64,000 nucleotides of DNA. Origin: Eledone cirrhosa. Its lineage: Eukaryota. The position numbers and the translations under genes were made by a program. The stretch is from assembly GCA_964016885.1 (NCBI GenBank), contig OZ024742.1, positions 45,756,001 to 45,820,000 of the forward strand, written 5' to 3'. Position 1 is the first letter of the stretch. Each line of letters opens with the position of its first letter. Shown here piece by piece: positions 11,815 through 23,768 of the stretch. Under the pieces are notes generated by a model. The model ran no database searches. It had not been told where the DNA came from and saw nothing but the letters and a program-made list of their open reading frames with translations.

Positions 11815-14800
11815 ATCATCATCATCATCATCATCACCGTTTTACGTCCGTTCTTCCACGCTAGCATGGGTTAGACGGGTTGTCCTGTTGTGGGCAGTGT
11901 CTGGTCGGCTGACCATGCCTTGCTCATACAGGAACTGATCTGGCTTGATTTCTACAGCTGGATGCCCTTCCTAACACCAACCTCATTTACAGTGAGTGCT
12001 GGGTGCTTTTTCGTGGCGCCTACACGTCCACTTTACAGTGTGGGCTGGGTGCTTTTTTGCCGTGGCACCTCCACGACCACCTTGCGGTGGGGGGGGGGGG
12101 GGGCATATTGTTTATATGCTTCAGCATGTACCCATGGGAGGTCGGGTACCCTGTATTACTGCGTGACGCCAGAAGTCACGGTCGTGTGTCATTGACTTTG
12201 AGAGGTGTAGTTGGGTAAGGTCGGCTTTTATCACCTCATCCCAAGTCATCTTGGGTCTCCCCACTCCGCGGTTTCCATCAACTTCTAGTGCTCTGCACCT
12301 TTTTATGCAGCTGTCATCCTTCATACGCATCACATGTCCATACCAGCGTAACCGCCTCTCCTGCACGCAGCATTTGATTCCTCTTATGCTCAGTCTCTCT
12401 CTCAATTCATTTATGCTTTGTCGTTCACGTATATTACTGTTACACATCCATCGGAGCATGCAGGCTTCGTTTCTCTCTAATCTACGTAGGTCTTCCACCT
12501 TCAGCGCCCAGGTCTCACTACCATGCAACATCGCTGTTCGGATACACGCATCATACAGTCTGCCTTTCATTCTGAGGGAGAAGCCTTTTGCAGCTAGCAG
12601 TGGTAGTAGTTCCCTAAACTTCTTCCATCCCGTTCTTACCCTAGTTATTGTACTTTCTGAGCACCCACCTCCGTTGCTAATTCGGTCACCTAGGTAGCAG
12701 AAGCTGTCTACTGTTTCTACAGGGCCCTCCCAGAGATTGGTGGTACTTGTTTCCTGTGGCTGTTTGCTTGCTGTTTCAGCACAGCTGCTGCATGTGAATC
12801 CTACATTCTTAATTAAGCTTCCTGAGATCCCGCTACATCTCTTGTGTACCCATTGTTTGCATTTGGGGCAAAGAATGGAGTTCCTACCTACACCTTTCCT
12901 ACATACTGAGCAAGGCCATTTCCCTGAGGGGATCTGGGTTCTGTTTTCTCGTCTACTTATAAGGACCTTAGTCTTTGTCATGTTGACTTTGAGGCCCTTT
13001 CTCTCTAGTCCCTGCTTCCAGGTTTGGAATTTATTCTCTAGTTCTACCATAGATTCAGCTATGAGTGCGAGGTCATCAGCATACAGGAGTTCCCATGGGC
13101 ATCCGGTCTTAAACTCCTCCGTTATTGCCTGCAGGACTATGATGAACAGGAGAGGGCTAAGAACAGAGCCCTGGTGGACCCCAACCTGTACGCTAAATTC
13201 CTCGCTATACTCATTGCCAATCCTAACTTTGCTGACTGCTCCCCTATACATGGCTTGTACCGCTTTCACAAGCCATTCATCTACTCCTAGTTTTCTAAGA
13301 GCCCACCAGATTACTGCACGTGGAACTCTGTCAAAGGCTTTCTCAAGGTCGACAAATGCCAAGTAGAGTGGCTTACTTTTAGCTAGGTACTTTTCCTGTA
13401 ATTGCCTCACAAGGAAGAGCGCATCAGTGGTGCCTTTCCCTGGAACAAACCCAAATTGCATCTCGTCTATATTCACCCGGTCCCTAATCAGCTGTGCTAT
13501 AACTCTTTCTGTTACTTTCATGACCTGGTCCATCAACTTTATACCTCTATAGTTTCCTCTATCTAGTGCATCGCCTTTACCTTTGTAGCAGTTGACAATG
13601 ATGCTACTGCACCAATCTTTTGGTATGGCCCCCTCTAGTATTACCTGGTTAACGATACGTGTGGTTATAGTGTGACCTACAGACCCAGATGCCTTCAGCA
13701 TCTCGGCAGCTATACCCGATGGACCGGTTGCCTTCCCTATCTTCATATCTCTGATTGCCTTACTTACTACGCTGCCGCTGACTTGTACTGCTGGTCCCTC
13801 TATAGGGTCTACGTGGGGTAGGGTCTCTTCTTCCCATGCATTCTCCTCATTTAGTAATCTATCATAATGACTCTTCCATGCATCTTTCTTCTCAGCACTT
13901 GTGAGGGCAAGCTCACCTTTATCATTCCGGATACACTTCTCTCCAATGACATCACAACTATCTCTGACACACTGCCTCGCAATCTTGAATACCTCCTGTT
14001 TCTGGTCCTCACGTTGTAAAACATGCTTGAATTTTCTATCCTCTGCTTCCCTCCTAGCTAAGTATACTTGTCGCCTAGCTTCCCTCTTGGTCTCTATGTA
14101 ATGTACCCTGCTCCCCCCGTTCTTCCATTCTTTCCATGCCTGTCTCTTGGCCTTGACAGCTTCATCTACCTTATTGTTCCACCACCAAGTCACTCTCCTC
14201 CTGCTTGAGGTCTTACTCCAGCCACAAACCTCATCCGTCGCCTCTAGTAAGTTATTTTTTAGGAACTCCCAGTTCTCTTCTACGTTAAATGTCTCTATCT
14301 GTTCTTCTTTACTGTCGTAGGCGTTGAGTAAAATATCTTTAAATCTGTTACTGGTTGAGGGGACTTTCAGCTTCCAGATCTTTCTTCTCCAGGTTGGCCT
14401 CTGTTTCAGGGCTCGTCTAGTTCTGACCGTGAGGTCGCTGACAACTAAGCTATGTTGGGATGTACATTCCTCACTAGGGAAGGCTTTTGTGTTTACGACC
14501 GTCCATCTGTCACGTCCTCTGATGAGGATAAAATCTAACTGACTAGAGTGCTCCCCTGATCTATAGGTGATCAGGTGGTTGTCGGGTTTTTTAAAGTTTG
14601 TGTTACATATCGACATGTCATTGGCGTCGCAGAATTCTAGAAGTCTGAATCCTTCCTCATTCCTTGTGCCAACTCCATGGCCTCCATGTACTCTATTGAA
14701 GCCGTCGCAGTGTTTACCTACGTGTCCGTTAAAATCTCCTGCAATGATTAGGAAGTCCTTGTCGTCTGTTAGAGCAGTAGTGTGTATTAGGGACTCGTAA

Positions 14801-15267
14801 AACCTATCCTTAAGTTCGTCTGGCAGCCCCGATTGGGGTGCGTAAGCTGATATTATTGTGGTAATTGTCTTATTCAGGACTAGTCTGAGTTTAATGATTC
14901 TTGCATTTACCCTGTACACTGAGATTACTTTATCTACCCACTTGTCAGCTAATAGTATACCTACACCACCCATCCCATCGTCATTTCCCACCCAGAAAAA
15001 TTTGTAGCACTGGCTTTTTCCTACAAGGACTCTAGCAGACCCTCCTCTCCATCTAGTCTCTTGCACACAGCATACATCAACTTCCTTTCGCTCTAGCATT
15101 TCTACGATTTCTCCTGCTCTTCCTTTCATTGAGCCTACATTGATGGTACCAACTCGGAGTTTTGGGCATTTGTCGACACTCGTAGGGGAGGGTCTCTGGG
15201 TTGGCGCTTCACGTGGGTGCTTGGTAGCTCGCAGATTCATATTTCATCTATTGATTCAGAGTTGCTC

Positions 15268-15270
<3 letters not shown>
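11815..15270 (-). mobile_element. Full-length RTE-clade LINE with intact ORF
   Basis: ~30-nt 5' leader after (TA)n, 1039-aa ORF, 3' UTR with repeated modules and a (GAT)n tail. Confidence 0.95.
12121..15240 (-). CDS. RTE ORF2-like protein: AP endonuclease + reverse transcriptase with internal PHD-like Cys/His finger
   Basis: APE motifs NVGSM, VQETRW, SAYAPQ, GDFNGH, LDFIL, SQH; RT motifs NYRGIKL, QFGF, FVDLEKAFD, QGSVLSP, YADD, YLG; CxxC...CxxCxxxxHxxC...CxxC insert; no stops. Confidence 0.95.
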   Translation of the reverse strand: MNLRATKHPREAPTQRPSPTSVDKCPKLRVGTINVGSMKGRAGEIVEMLERKEVDVCCVQETRWRGGSARVLVGKSQCYKFFWVGNDDGMGGVGILLADKWVDKVISVYRVNARIIKLRLVLNKTITTIISAYAPQSGLPDELKDRFYESLIHTTALTDDKDFLIIAGDFNGHVGKHCDGFNRVHGGHGVGTRNEEGFRLLEFCDANDMSICNTNFKKPDNHLITYRSGEHSSQLDFILIRGRDRWTVVNTKAFPSEECTSQHSLVVSDLTVRTRRALKQRPTWRRKIWKLKVPSTSNRFKDILLNAYDSKEEQIETFNVEENWEFLKNNLLEATDEVCGWSKTSSRRRVTWWWNNKVDEAVKAKRQAWKEWKNGGSRVHYIETKREARRQVYLARREAEDRKFKHVLQREDQKQEVFKIARQCVRDSCDVIGEKCIRNDKGELALTSAEKKDAWKSHYDRLLNEENAWEEETLPHVDPIEGPAVQVSGSVVSKAIRDMKIGKATGPSGIAAEMLKASGSVGHTITTRIVNQVILEGAIPKDWCSSIIVNCYKGKGDALDRGNYRGIKLMDQVMKVTERVIAQLIRDRVNIDEMQFGFVPGKGTTDALFLVRQLQEKYLAKSKPLYLAFVDLEKAFDRVPRAVIWWALRKLGVDEWLVKAVQAMYRGAVSKVRIGNEYSEEFSVQVGVHQGSVLSPLLFIIVLQAITEEFKTGCPWELLYADDLALIAESMVELENKFQTWKQGLERKGLKVNMTKTKVLISRRENRTQIPSGKWPCSVCRKGVGRNSILCPKCKQWVHKRCSGISGSLIKNVGFTCSSCAETASKQPQETSTTNLWEGPVETVDSFCYLGDRISNGGGCSESTITRVRTGWKKFRELLPLLAAKGFSLRMKGRLYDACIRTAMLHGSETWALKVEDLRRLERNEACMLRWMCNSNIRERQSINELRERLSIRGIKCCVQERRLRWYGHVMRMKDDSCIKRCRALEVDGNRGVGRPKMTWDEVIKADLTQLHLSKSMTHDRDFWRHAVIQGTRPPMGTC

Positions 15271-15335
<65 letters not shown>

Positions 15336-15572
15336 TATATTGAGAAACACACAGATACATGCGGACACACACATATACATGAATATATCCACATCCATCC
15401 TTGAGTTAATGGTGCCAACCTTAACCGATGTTGCTCTATGAATAACTGGGACAAACCAATCCGAATGGATTAGACTGAACCAGTATCAGAGCTAAAAGTA
15501 CATTATGAAGAGAGAAGAAACATTTAGATATAATTAGTAATAAGATGTATCATACCTAAACTGCTTCTAGAT

Positions 15573-15662
15573 TCCTCGACTACATAATTTCGTGGCATAA
15601 TCAAAAACAATACATCATAGAGATATAGAGCTTTTGTGAGGTCTGCCGACTTATCAAGAGGA
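15573..15662 (-). ncRNA. Type I hammerhead ribozyme with U3-A8 variant core, in a solo pLTR-like element
   Basis: Minus strand reads tcctc-TTGATAA-gt(c)ggca...tgccac-GAAA-ttatgta-GTC-gagga; stems I and II pair; stem III is a decayed palindrome. Confidence 0.65.
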
Positions 15663-15698
15663 TACCTCATTTTACTAGCTTCAAAGAACACGTCTATA

Positions 15699-15791
15699 AG
15701 ATGTGAGATAGAATCCCAAAAGTCGGAGGGGGAGACCGTTGTATCACGTGATTGACTCCCCCTCCACCTTTTGGGATTCTATCTCACATCT
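15699..15791. repeat. Fold-back inverted repeat (~36-bp arms)
   Basis: agatgtgagatagaatcccaaaag...ggag pairs with ctcc...cttttgggattctatctcacatct. Confidence 0.85.
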
Positions 15792-16680
15792 GATATCAAA
15801 AAGTCCTCTTGTGAACGTGACCTGGGCATTACTGTCAGCAACGATTTGCGTTGGACAAAGCATGTCTCTAAGATTGTCAAGAAGGCCGAGGGTGTCTTGG
15901 CATCACTCAGCAAGACCTTTGTTAGCCGCTCTCCAGCCATCTATTTAAAACTGTATACAGCTATGGTACGACCACACTTGGAATTCGCATCATCAGTCTG
16001 GAACCCCTATCTTGCTCAGAACATTGACCTGGAAACTGTTCAGAGACGTGCAACCAAGCGCATACCCTCCATCAGACACCTACCATACTCTGAACGCCTT
16101 GCTTCCCTGGGCATTCATTCATTGAAGCTCCGACGTCTGGCAATGGACTTGGTGAATACCCACAAAGTTTTTAACCATCTCGCCAATTGCAACCCTGAGC
16201 GCCTCTTTGATCTCCATGTGTCTAACACACGTGGACATGCCTACAAGATCAGAAAACAGCACAGCTCCCATGACTTTCGTAGACATTTTTTCACGCTCAG
16301 AGTTGCTGAAGCATGGAACAAACTACCTGCGTCAATTGTTAGCTGCCGAGACACTGCATCCTTTAAGACACTCATGCTTCCCGAAATACGCCAAAAACTA
16401 CACCTGATGTACCCCTTCCATACACATGCACACATGTGTGTATCATGACTCGTGCACTGTTCATTTTACTGATGTTTGTGCATTGCCCTATGTACTGTAC
16501 ATGCACTTTTTTGATGAGTTGTGGTGCACCTGGGCACTGTACACAATATTTCATTATTGTTATTATTATTATATCATGACTCGTACACTGTTCATTTTCC
16601 TGACATTTGTACATTATTCTATGTACTATACATGCACCTTTGATGAGTTGTAGTGCACCTGAGCACTGTACGCAATAATT

Positions 16681-16703
<23 letters not shown>
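15790..16703 (+). mobile_element. 5'-truncated CR1/L2-group LINE 3' end with tandemly duplicated 3' terminus
   Basis: ORF 15771-16448 has ERDLG, LYTAMVRPHLEF, VWNP, LETVQRRATK, TRGH and FFTLRVAEAWNKLP; ~130-bp 3' UTR + (ATT)n duplicated (16441-16570, 16571-16703). Confidence 0.9.
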
Positions 16704-16734
<31 letters not shown>

Positions 16735-17009
16735 GTAAACGTAGTTGGTATTAGGAGGGCAATCAGCTGTAAAATACCCAGCCAAATTTACAGTCCTCAC
16801 TGAAGCAAGGTGCGACACATAGCCAACCCTGGTCAGACGTGCCTCCCAGCGTGGACGACCCATCTAACCCATGCAAGCATGGAAAAATGACTTTAAACGG
16901 TGAGGATGACGATGTATATATATATATACTTATGGTAAACATGTATACCAAACTTCACATTTATCCTTATTCTTTCTCTTTATATGTGTGTGTATGTCTT
17001 TGTGTGTGC

Positions 17010-17064
<55 letters not shown>

Positions 17065-17171
17065 AATTTAAATATTGGAAGATTAAGGATTCCTGTATAA
17101 ATTGTGTTATATAAGTAAAATAATAACAACAATGTGAAAAAAAAAGCACCTAATGTGTTTTTATTAATTAT

Positions 17172-17342
17172 ATTGGCAGTATCGGTAGAGGGTCGGACAC
17201 CATGCTTTGCATCCCTTTACGATCTGAGTTCAAATCCTGCCGAGGTTGACTTTGCCTTTCATCCTTACGGGGTCGATGAAATAAAGTACCAGTAATGCGC
17301 TGGGATAATTGCTGGCCTTGTGCCAAAAAGTAGAAATAATTA
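17172..17342 (+). mobile_element. tRNA-derived SINE, second family (Meta/Sauria-like central motif)
   Basis: B box 'gagttcaaatcc' and 'gaggttgactttgcctttcatcc...gtcgat..aataaagtaccag'; copies at 36635-36828, 37225-37418, 42495-42690 and 61660-61960(-). Confidence 0.8.
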
Positions 17343-17846
17343 ATTATATATACATTCCACGTGTATTGTACACTAGGAAAAAGAAAAAAAAAACTCACAT
17401 AAAAAAGAATAGTCTTTTTACTTAACCGCTACCCGCACTGCATCTGTTGTGTATCTGGGAGATCTCATTCTGTATATAGGCCATTTTGGCTCTGTAGAGA
17501 AGGGCAGAATCATGCTACACAAAATTATCTCTGTAGGCATCCTTCTTGTAATATTTGGTGTATGAGAGCATATGTGGTCTTACAAGGTCACATGCAAAAA
17601 AAATGTAGTTCCTCATACATCAGAACTACCATCTAGATACTGCAGGTACAGATTGAAGTTACCATAGAGGCAATGGAAAGGAATGTGGGTAATTTAAGAA
17701 TCAAAGAGGTCATTATCATCAACCAGATAAATAATAGATTGGAAATGCATGAAGAAAATTGGTTGCTATAAGGACTTCACGCATGCATATTTCAGACACA
17801 TAGGCCAGTTAATGAAGAACACATCGATCGTTTGTTTTTGTTTTGA

Positions 17847-20580
17847 ACCGACAACCACCTGATCACCTATAGATCAGGGGAGCATTCTAGTCAGATGGAT
17901 TTTATCCTCATCAGAGGACGTGACAGATGGACGGTTGTAAACACAAAAGCCTACCCTAGTGAGGAATGTACCTCCCAACATAGCTTAGTTGTCAGCGACC
18001 TCACGGTCAGAACTAGACGAACCTGGAAACAGAGGCCAACCTGGAGAAGAAAGATCTGGAAGCTGAAAGACCCCTCAGCCAGTAACAGATTTAAAGATAT
18101 TTTACTCAACGCCTATGACAGTAAAGAAGAACAGATACAGACATTCAATGTAGAAGAGCACTGGGAGTTCCTAAAAAATAACTTACTAGAGGCGACGGAT
18201 GAGGTCTGTGGTTGGAGTAAGACCACAAGCAGGAGGAGAGTGACTTGGTGGTGGAACAATAAGGTAGATGAGGCAGTTAAGGCCAAGAGACAGGCATGGA
18301 AAGAATGGAAGAACGGGGGAAGCAGGGTACATTACATAGAGACCAAGAGGGAAGCTAGGCGACAAGTATACTTAACTAGGAGAGAAGCAGAGGATAGAAA
18401 ATTCAAGCATGTTTTGCAACGTGAGGACCAGAAACAGGAGGTGTTCAAGATTGCGAGGCAGTGTGTCAGAGAGAATTGTGATGTCATTGGAGAGAAGTGT
18501 ATCCGGAATGATAAAGGTGAGCTTGCCCTCACAAGTGCTGAGAAGAAAGATGCATGGAAGAGCCATTATGATAGATTACTAAATGAGGAGAATGCATGGG
18601 AAGAAGAGACCCTACCCCAAGTAGACCCTGTAGAAGGGCCAGCAGTACAAGTTAGCAGCAGCGTAGTAAGTAAGGCAATCAAAGATATGAAGATTGGGAA
18701 GGCAACCGGTCCATCGGGTATAGCAGCCGAGATGCTGAAGGCATCTGGGTCTGTAGGTCACACTATAACCACACGTATTGTTAACCAGGTAATACTAAAA
18801 GTTTGGTGCAGTAGCATCATTGTCAACTGCTACAAAGGTAAAGGTGATGCACTAGATAGAGGAAACTATAGAGGTATAAAGCTGATGGACCAGGTCATGA
18901 AAGTAACAGAAAGAGTTATAGCACAGTTGATTAGGGACCGGGTGAAAATAGATGAGATGCAATTTGGGTTTGTACCAGGAAGAGGCACCACCGATGCCCT
19001 CTTCCTTGTGAGGCAGTTACAGGAAAAGTACCTAGCTAAAAGTAAGCCACTCTACCTGGCATTCATCGATCTTGAGAAAGCCTTTGACAGAGTTCCACGT
19101 GCTGTAATCTGGTGGGCTCTTAGAAAACTAGGAGTAGATGAATGGCTTGTGAAAGCGGTACAAGCCATGTATAGGGGAGCAGTCAGCAAAGTTAGGATTA
19201 GCAATGAGTATAGCGAGGAATTTAGCGTACAGGTTGGTGTCCACCAGGGCTCTGTTCTTAGCCCTCTCCTGTTCATCATAGTCCTGCAGGCAATAACGGA
19301 GGAGTTTAAGACCGGATGCCCATGGGAACTCCTGTATGCTGATGACCTCGCACTTATAGCTGAATCTATGGTAGAACTAGAGAAGAAATTCCAAACTTGG
19401 AAGCAGGGACTAGAAAGAAAGGGTCTCAAAGTCAACATGACAAAGACTAAGGTCCTTGTAAGTAGACGAGAAAACAGAACCCAGATCCCCTCAGGGAAAT
19501 GGCCTTGCTCAGTATGTAGGAAAGGTGTAGGTAGGAACTACATTCTCTGCTTCAAATGCAAACAATGGGTACACAAGAGATGTAGCGGGATCTCAGGAAG
19601 CTTAATTAAGAATGTAGGCTTCACATGCAGCAGCTGTGCTGAGACAGCAAGCAGCAAACAGCCACAGGAAACAAGTACCACCAATCTCTGGGAGGGCTCT
19701 GTAGAAACAGTAGACAGCTTCTGCTACCTAGGTGACCGAATTAGCAGCAGAGGTGGGTGTTCAGAAAGTACAATAACTAGGGTAAGAACGGGATGCTAGC
19801 TGCAAAAGGCTTCTCCCTCAAAATGAAAGGCAGACTGTATGATGCGTGTATCCGAACAGCAATGTTACATGGTAGTGAGACCTGGGTGCTGAAGGTGGAA
19901 GACTTACGTAGATTAGAAAGAAACGAAGCCTGCATGCTCCGATGGATGTGTAACAGTAATATACGTGAACAACAAAGCATAAATGAATTGAGAGAGAGAC
20001 TGAGCATAAGAGAAATCAAATGCTGTGTGCAGGAGAGGCGGTTGCATTGGTATGGGCATGTGATGCGTATGAAGGATGACAGCTGCATAAAAAGGTGCAG
20101 AGCACTAGAAGTCAGTGAAAACCGCGGAGTGGGGAGACCCAAGAAGACCTGTGATGAGGTGATAAAAGCTGACCTTACCCCAATTACACCTCTCAAAGGC
20201 AATGACACACGACCGTGACCTCTGGCGTCACGCAGTAATACAGAGTACCTGACCTCCCGTGGTTACAAGCTGAAGAATATAGACAATATGCCCCACACCC
20301 TCCCACTGCAAGGTGGTCGTGGAGGTGCCACGGTAAAAAAGCACCCAGCCCACACTGTAAAGTGGACGTGTAGGCGCCACGGAAAAAGCACCCAGCACTC
20401 ACTGTAAATGAGGTTGGTGTTAGGAAGGGCATCCAGCTGTAGAAATAAAGCCAGAATCAGTTCCTGTATGAGCAAGACATGGTCAGCCGACCAGACACTG
20501 CCCACAACAGGACAACCCGTCTAACCCATGCTAGCATGGAAGAACGGACGTAAAATGGTGATGAGGATGATGATGATGAT
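17847..20580 (+). mobile_element. 5'-truncated RTE LINE, same subfamily as 11815-15270
   Basis: ORFs 17895-19799 and 19793-20218 near-identical to the intact copy, with a frameshifting deletion near 19795; (GAT)n tail. Confidence 0.95.
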
Positions 20581-21104
20581 GTTTCTGCTTCACATTTGAA
20601 CGGAGGGTATTAGCCCAGAAAGATACTAGGTAAAACATTGCTTTATTTTGTTTTATTTGTCATCCTTTGTCCTTTATATATTACTATCACATTGTACTGG
20701 CTTTTTGAAACTTATTGGTCTTTTATTACATATCTCACAATATATATATATGTCAAAGAGGAGGCGGGGAGGGGGGCATAGGACAAAGACAATGGGAAAA
20801 AGGAACAGTTACTTCTCTTCAGTTAACCTCTCGAAATCTCGAAATCTCTATAGTTCCAGTGCCTTAAGGTTGATACTATTTATTCCAGTATATTTTGGGA
20901 TACAACAGAGCAGGGAGACACAGAACAAGTTGTACCTTTCAGTGAATTACCTTTCCGTGAATTATGCAAATAATCAATGTGCTTCAACTGAAAAGGAAGA
21001 GTTAGAAACATGGTACATGATAGCACACACACACACACACACACACATGTATGTGCATATATGTGTATGTGCGTGTGCAGATGTGTGTGTGTCTGTGTTT
21101 CATT

Positions 21105-21455
21105 TTATAGAATAAAAGGTTGAGACCCCCTCCAGTCATGAATGATCAAGGGATTTGTACTTAGAAAGTTCCCCTCCGAAGCACAAGCCTGGGCAAGGTG
21201 TGTTTGTGGAAGACCAGCAGTCGGCCATGCATGCCAGCCTCCCTTCTCCACCCCACCGATGTTGTCCAAGGGAAAGGCAATGGCAGATACAGCTTGGCAC
21301 CAGTTACGTCGCAACTCATTTCTACAGCTGGAACTGGAGCAATGTAATATAAACTGTCTTGCTCAAGGACACAACACATCACTCGGTCCGAGAATCGAAC
21401 TCACAACTTCCCGATTGCAAGGCCAATGCTCTAACCACTAAGCATGCACCTTCAT
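21105..21455 (-). mobile_element. SINE with the same tRNA/CORE-like head as 2056-2380 but a different 3' half
   Basis: Head 'cttagtggttagagcattggccttgcaatcg...gagttcgattc...ccttgagcaagac'; diverges after 'cagctgtagaaatgag'. Confidence 0.8.
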
Positions 21456-21972
21456 CATTTTGTATCATACACACATATATACTTATGTGTGTTCCCTGTA
21501 ATTGGTCAGGTCTAGCTCACCTCCTCTTTGATGAGACATCACATTTCACTGAAAGTGGAAAATTACTACCTCATTCATTCACAGCATAGTGTACTAGCAT
21601 AGTGTACTAGCATAGTGTACTAGCATAGTGTACTAGCTCGCCTTACAGACCTTACCATTCCAGAGAGGTAATCTGCCACTGAGGATGCAATTGCTGTCAA
21701 CTCACATTATGTATACTAACATTACCTAATTTCTGCACATGGTAGTTCTATTTGAGCAATTATCGGTATGTGTAATGGTAATACATTGGTCCAGCAAACC
21801 AAAGATGTGGGTTTGTGTCCTATGTACTCATACTTTTTTCCATTCAGAGGGTTTTTTAAAATCCCAACTAACAGACTAATTCTATGTAATCAAATATGGC
21901 GTAAGCACATGTTACTGCCTACTTTTCAAATTTGCTGTTTATAAACAAAGCTTGCTTTGTGTCTCCCTATTT

Positions 21973-22017
<45 letters not shown>

Positions 22018-22876
22018 CACATACACACACATATATACATATATATGTGTGTGTGTATATATATATGTGTATATTTTTGCTGAAAATATCGAATAATGTA
22101 CACCATTTTTACCAGTATCACAAAAACACTGCCCGCCCCCCCCCACACACACATACACACGTGTACACTAACATACAAAGAGACATATATACACACACAC
22201 ACACTTCTCCATATAAGACAAGAGCTGAAAAATAGCTTTCAACTTGTTAAAATATCCGCCACACACGTACAGACACATTCCTACTGACCGATCCCTCTAC
22301 CACGAATTACTCTGCTACACACACACACACACACACACATATTTGTCTTAATAGGCACCTGAACTGTTGACCTGCAATTCACACACACATCTCTACTGAC
22401 CATTATCACAACAAAGAACCTCTTTTCTACACACACACACACACACATATTTGTCTTAAAATACTTATTTTTCAGTGATTTCTCAATCAGGCGAAAAAAG
22501 ACACTGTTTGACAAACCTACATTTGGCGCAAAATCAATTTTTAACATTCCCGTGACCTCTACCGACCAATCAAAATTGTTTTGACCACAAGAATTTTTGC
22601 AACACGAATTGGCGAATTGGCGCGAAACTTATTTTAATACCTCTGGAGCCACTTTTTTCACATAAAACAGGTAGAATTTCCAAAACTGATCAGATTAGAG
22701 CAAACATCACGGGCGCTCTATCTCAAAATTATTTTTGAAAAGCATTAGAAATGCGCAAGCGGTAAAAACTTAAAACCAAAACTGAATACTAACCAATACT
22801 TATTACTAATTTTAATTTTTCCTAATTAAACTATTTTTCACTGGGAACAATTTGTCAGCATTTTCTTTTCTGTTTA

Positions 22877-23132
<256 letters not shown>

Positions 23133-23694
23133 CGTGTGTCACTTCTCTACATTCCATATATATATACCATATATCATATGTCATATTTTTATATTAGTGT
23201 ATATATCATTCTCTCCCTCGCTCTCTCTCGCTCCCTTCATCTTTCTTTCTTTATATAAATATAAACATAATGTGTCAAAGAAATGTTATTTATTCTTGCA
23301 CCATAGATATAATTCATGTGCATAAATCTGTGTGACATTAGCAATTACCTCGTTAACACAATACCTTTATGGACTGAACTTATGATATAATCTGGCCACT
23401 TCTAATAGCTTCTTTCATATCAGGTTTTGTTCAACTACATTTCATAACTTATATATCATATCAACTATGAAATAGTTTATCATTATTATAATTTGACATA
23501 CATGTTTATGTTTAAGTGCTTAACTCCTCATAGAGCATGTCTTTGGCATTAAAACCTAGTGGAGCACATTTCTCTGATGTTTTTCTAGAAGATATATATA
23601 TATCATTTCACCATCACGATAATTTAACGTCTATATGTATGTATATATATATATATATAATATATAAGATCAAAAGATGGTTAAAGGAGTTCCA

Positions 23695-23768
23695 TGTATT
23701 TTATTATGCGCATTTCAAAAACAAACATCATCATGCAATAATATTTGTGTTTTCATCAGATAAAACAG
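23695..23768 (-). ncRNA. Hammerhead ribozyme in the inverted PLE repeat
   Basis: Reverse complement of 27922-27995; tcatcag at 23753-23759. Confidence 0.85.

Noticed and set aside
9212-14800. Plus-strand ORFs antisense to the RTE ORFs
   Set aside because: Shadow frames of the RT coding strand; they recur only because the element is repeated
22280-22850. Possible Helitron/DNA-transposon-derived repeat with internal (CA)n
   Set aside because: No termini or diagnostic motifs could be confirmed
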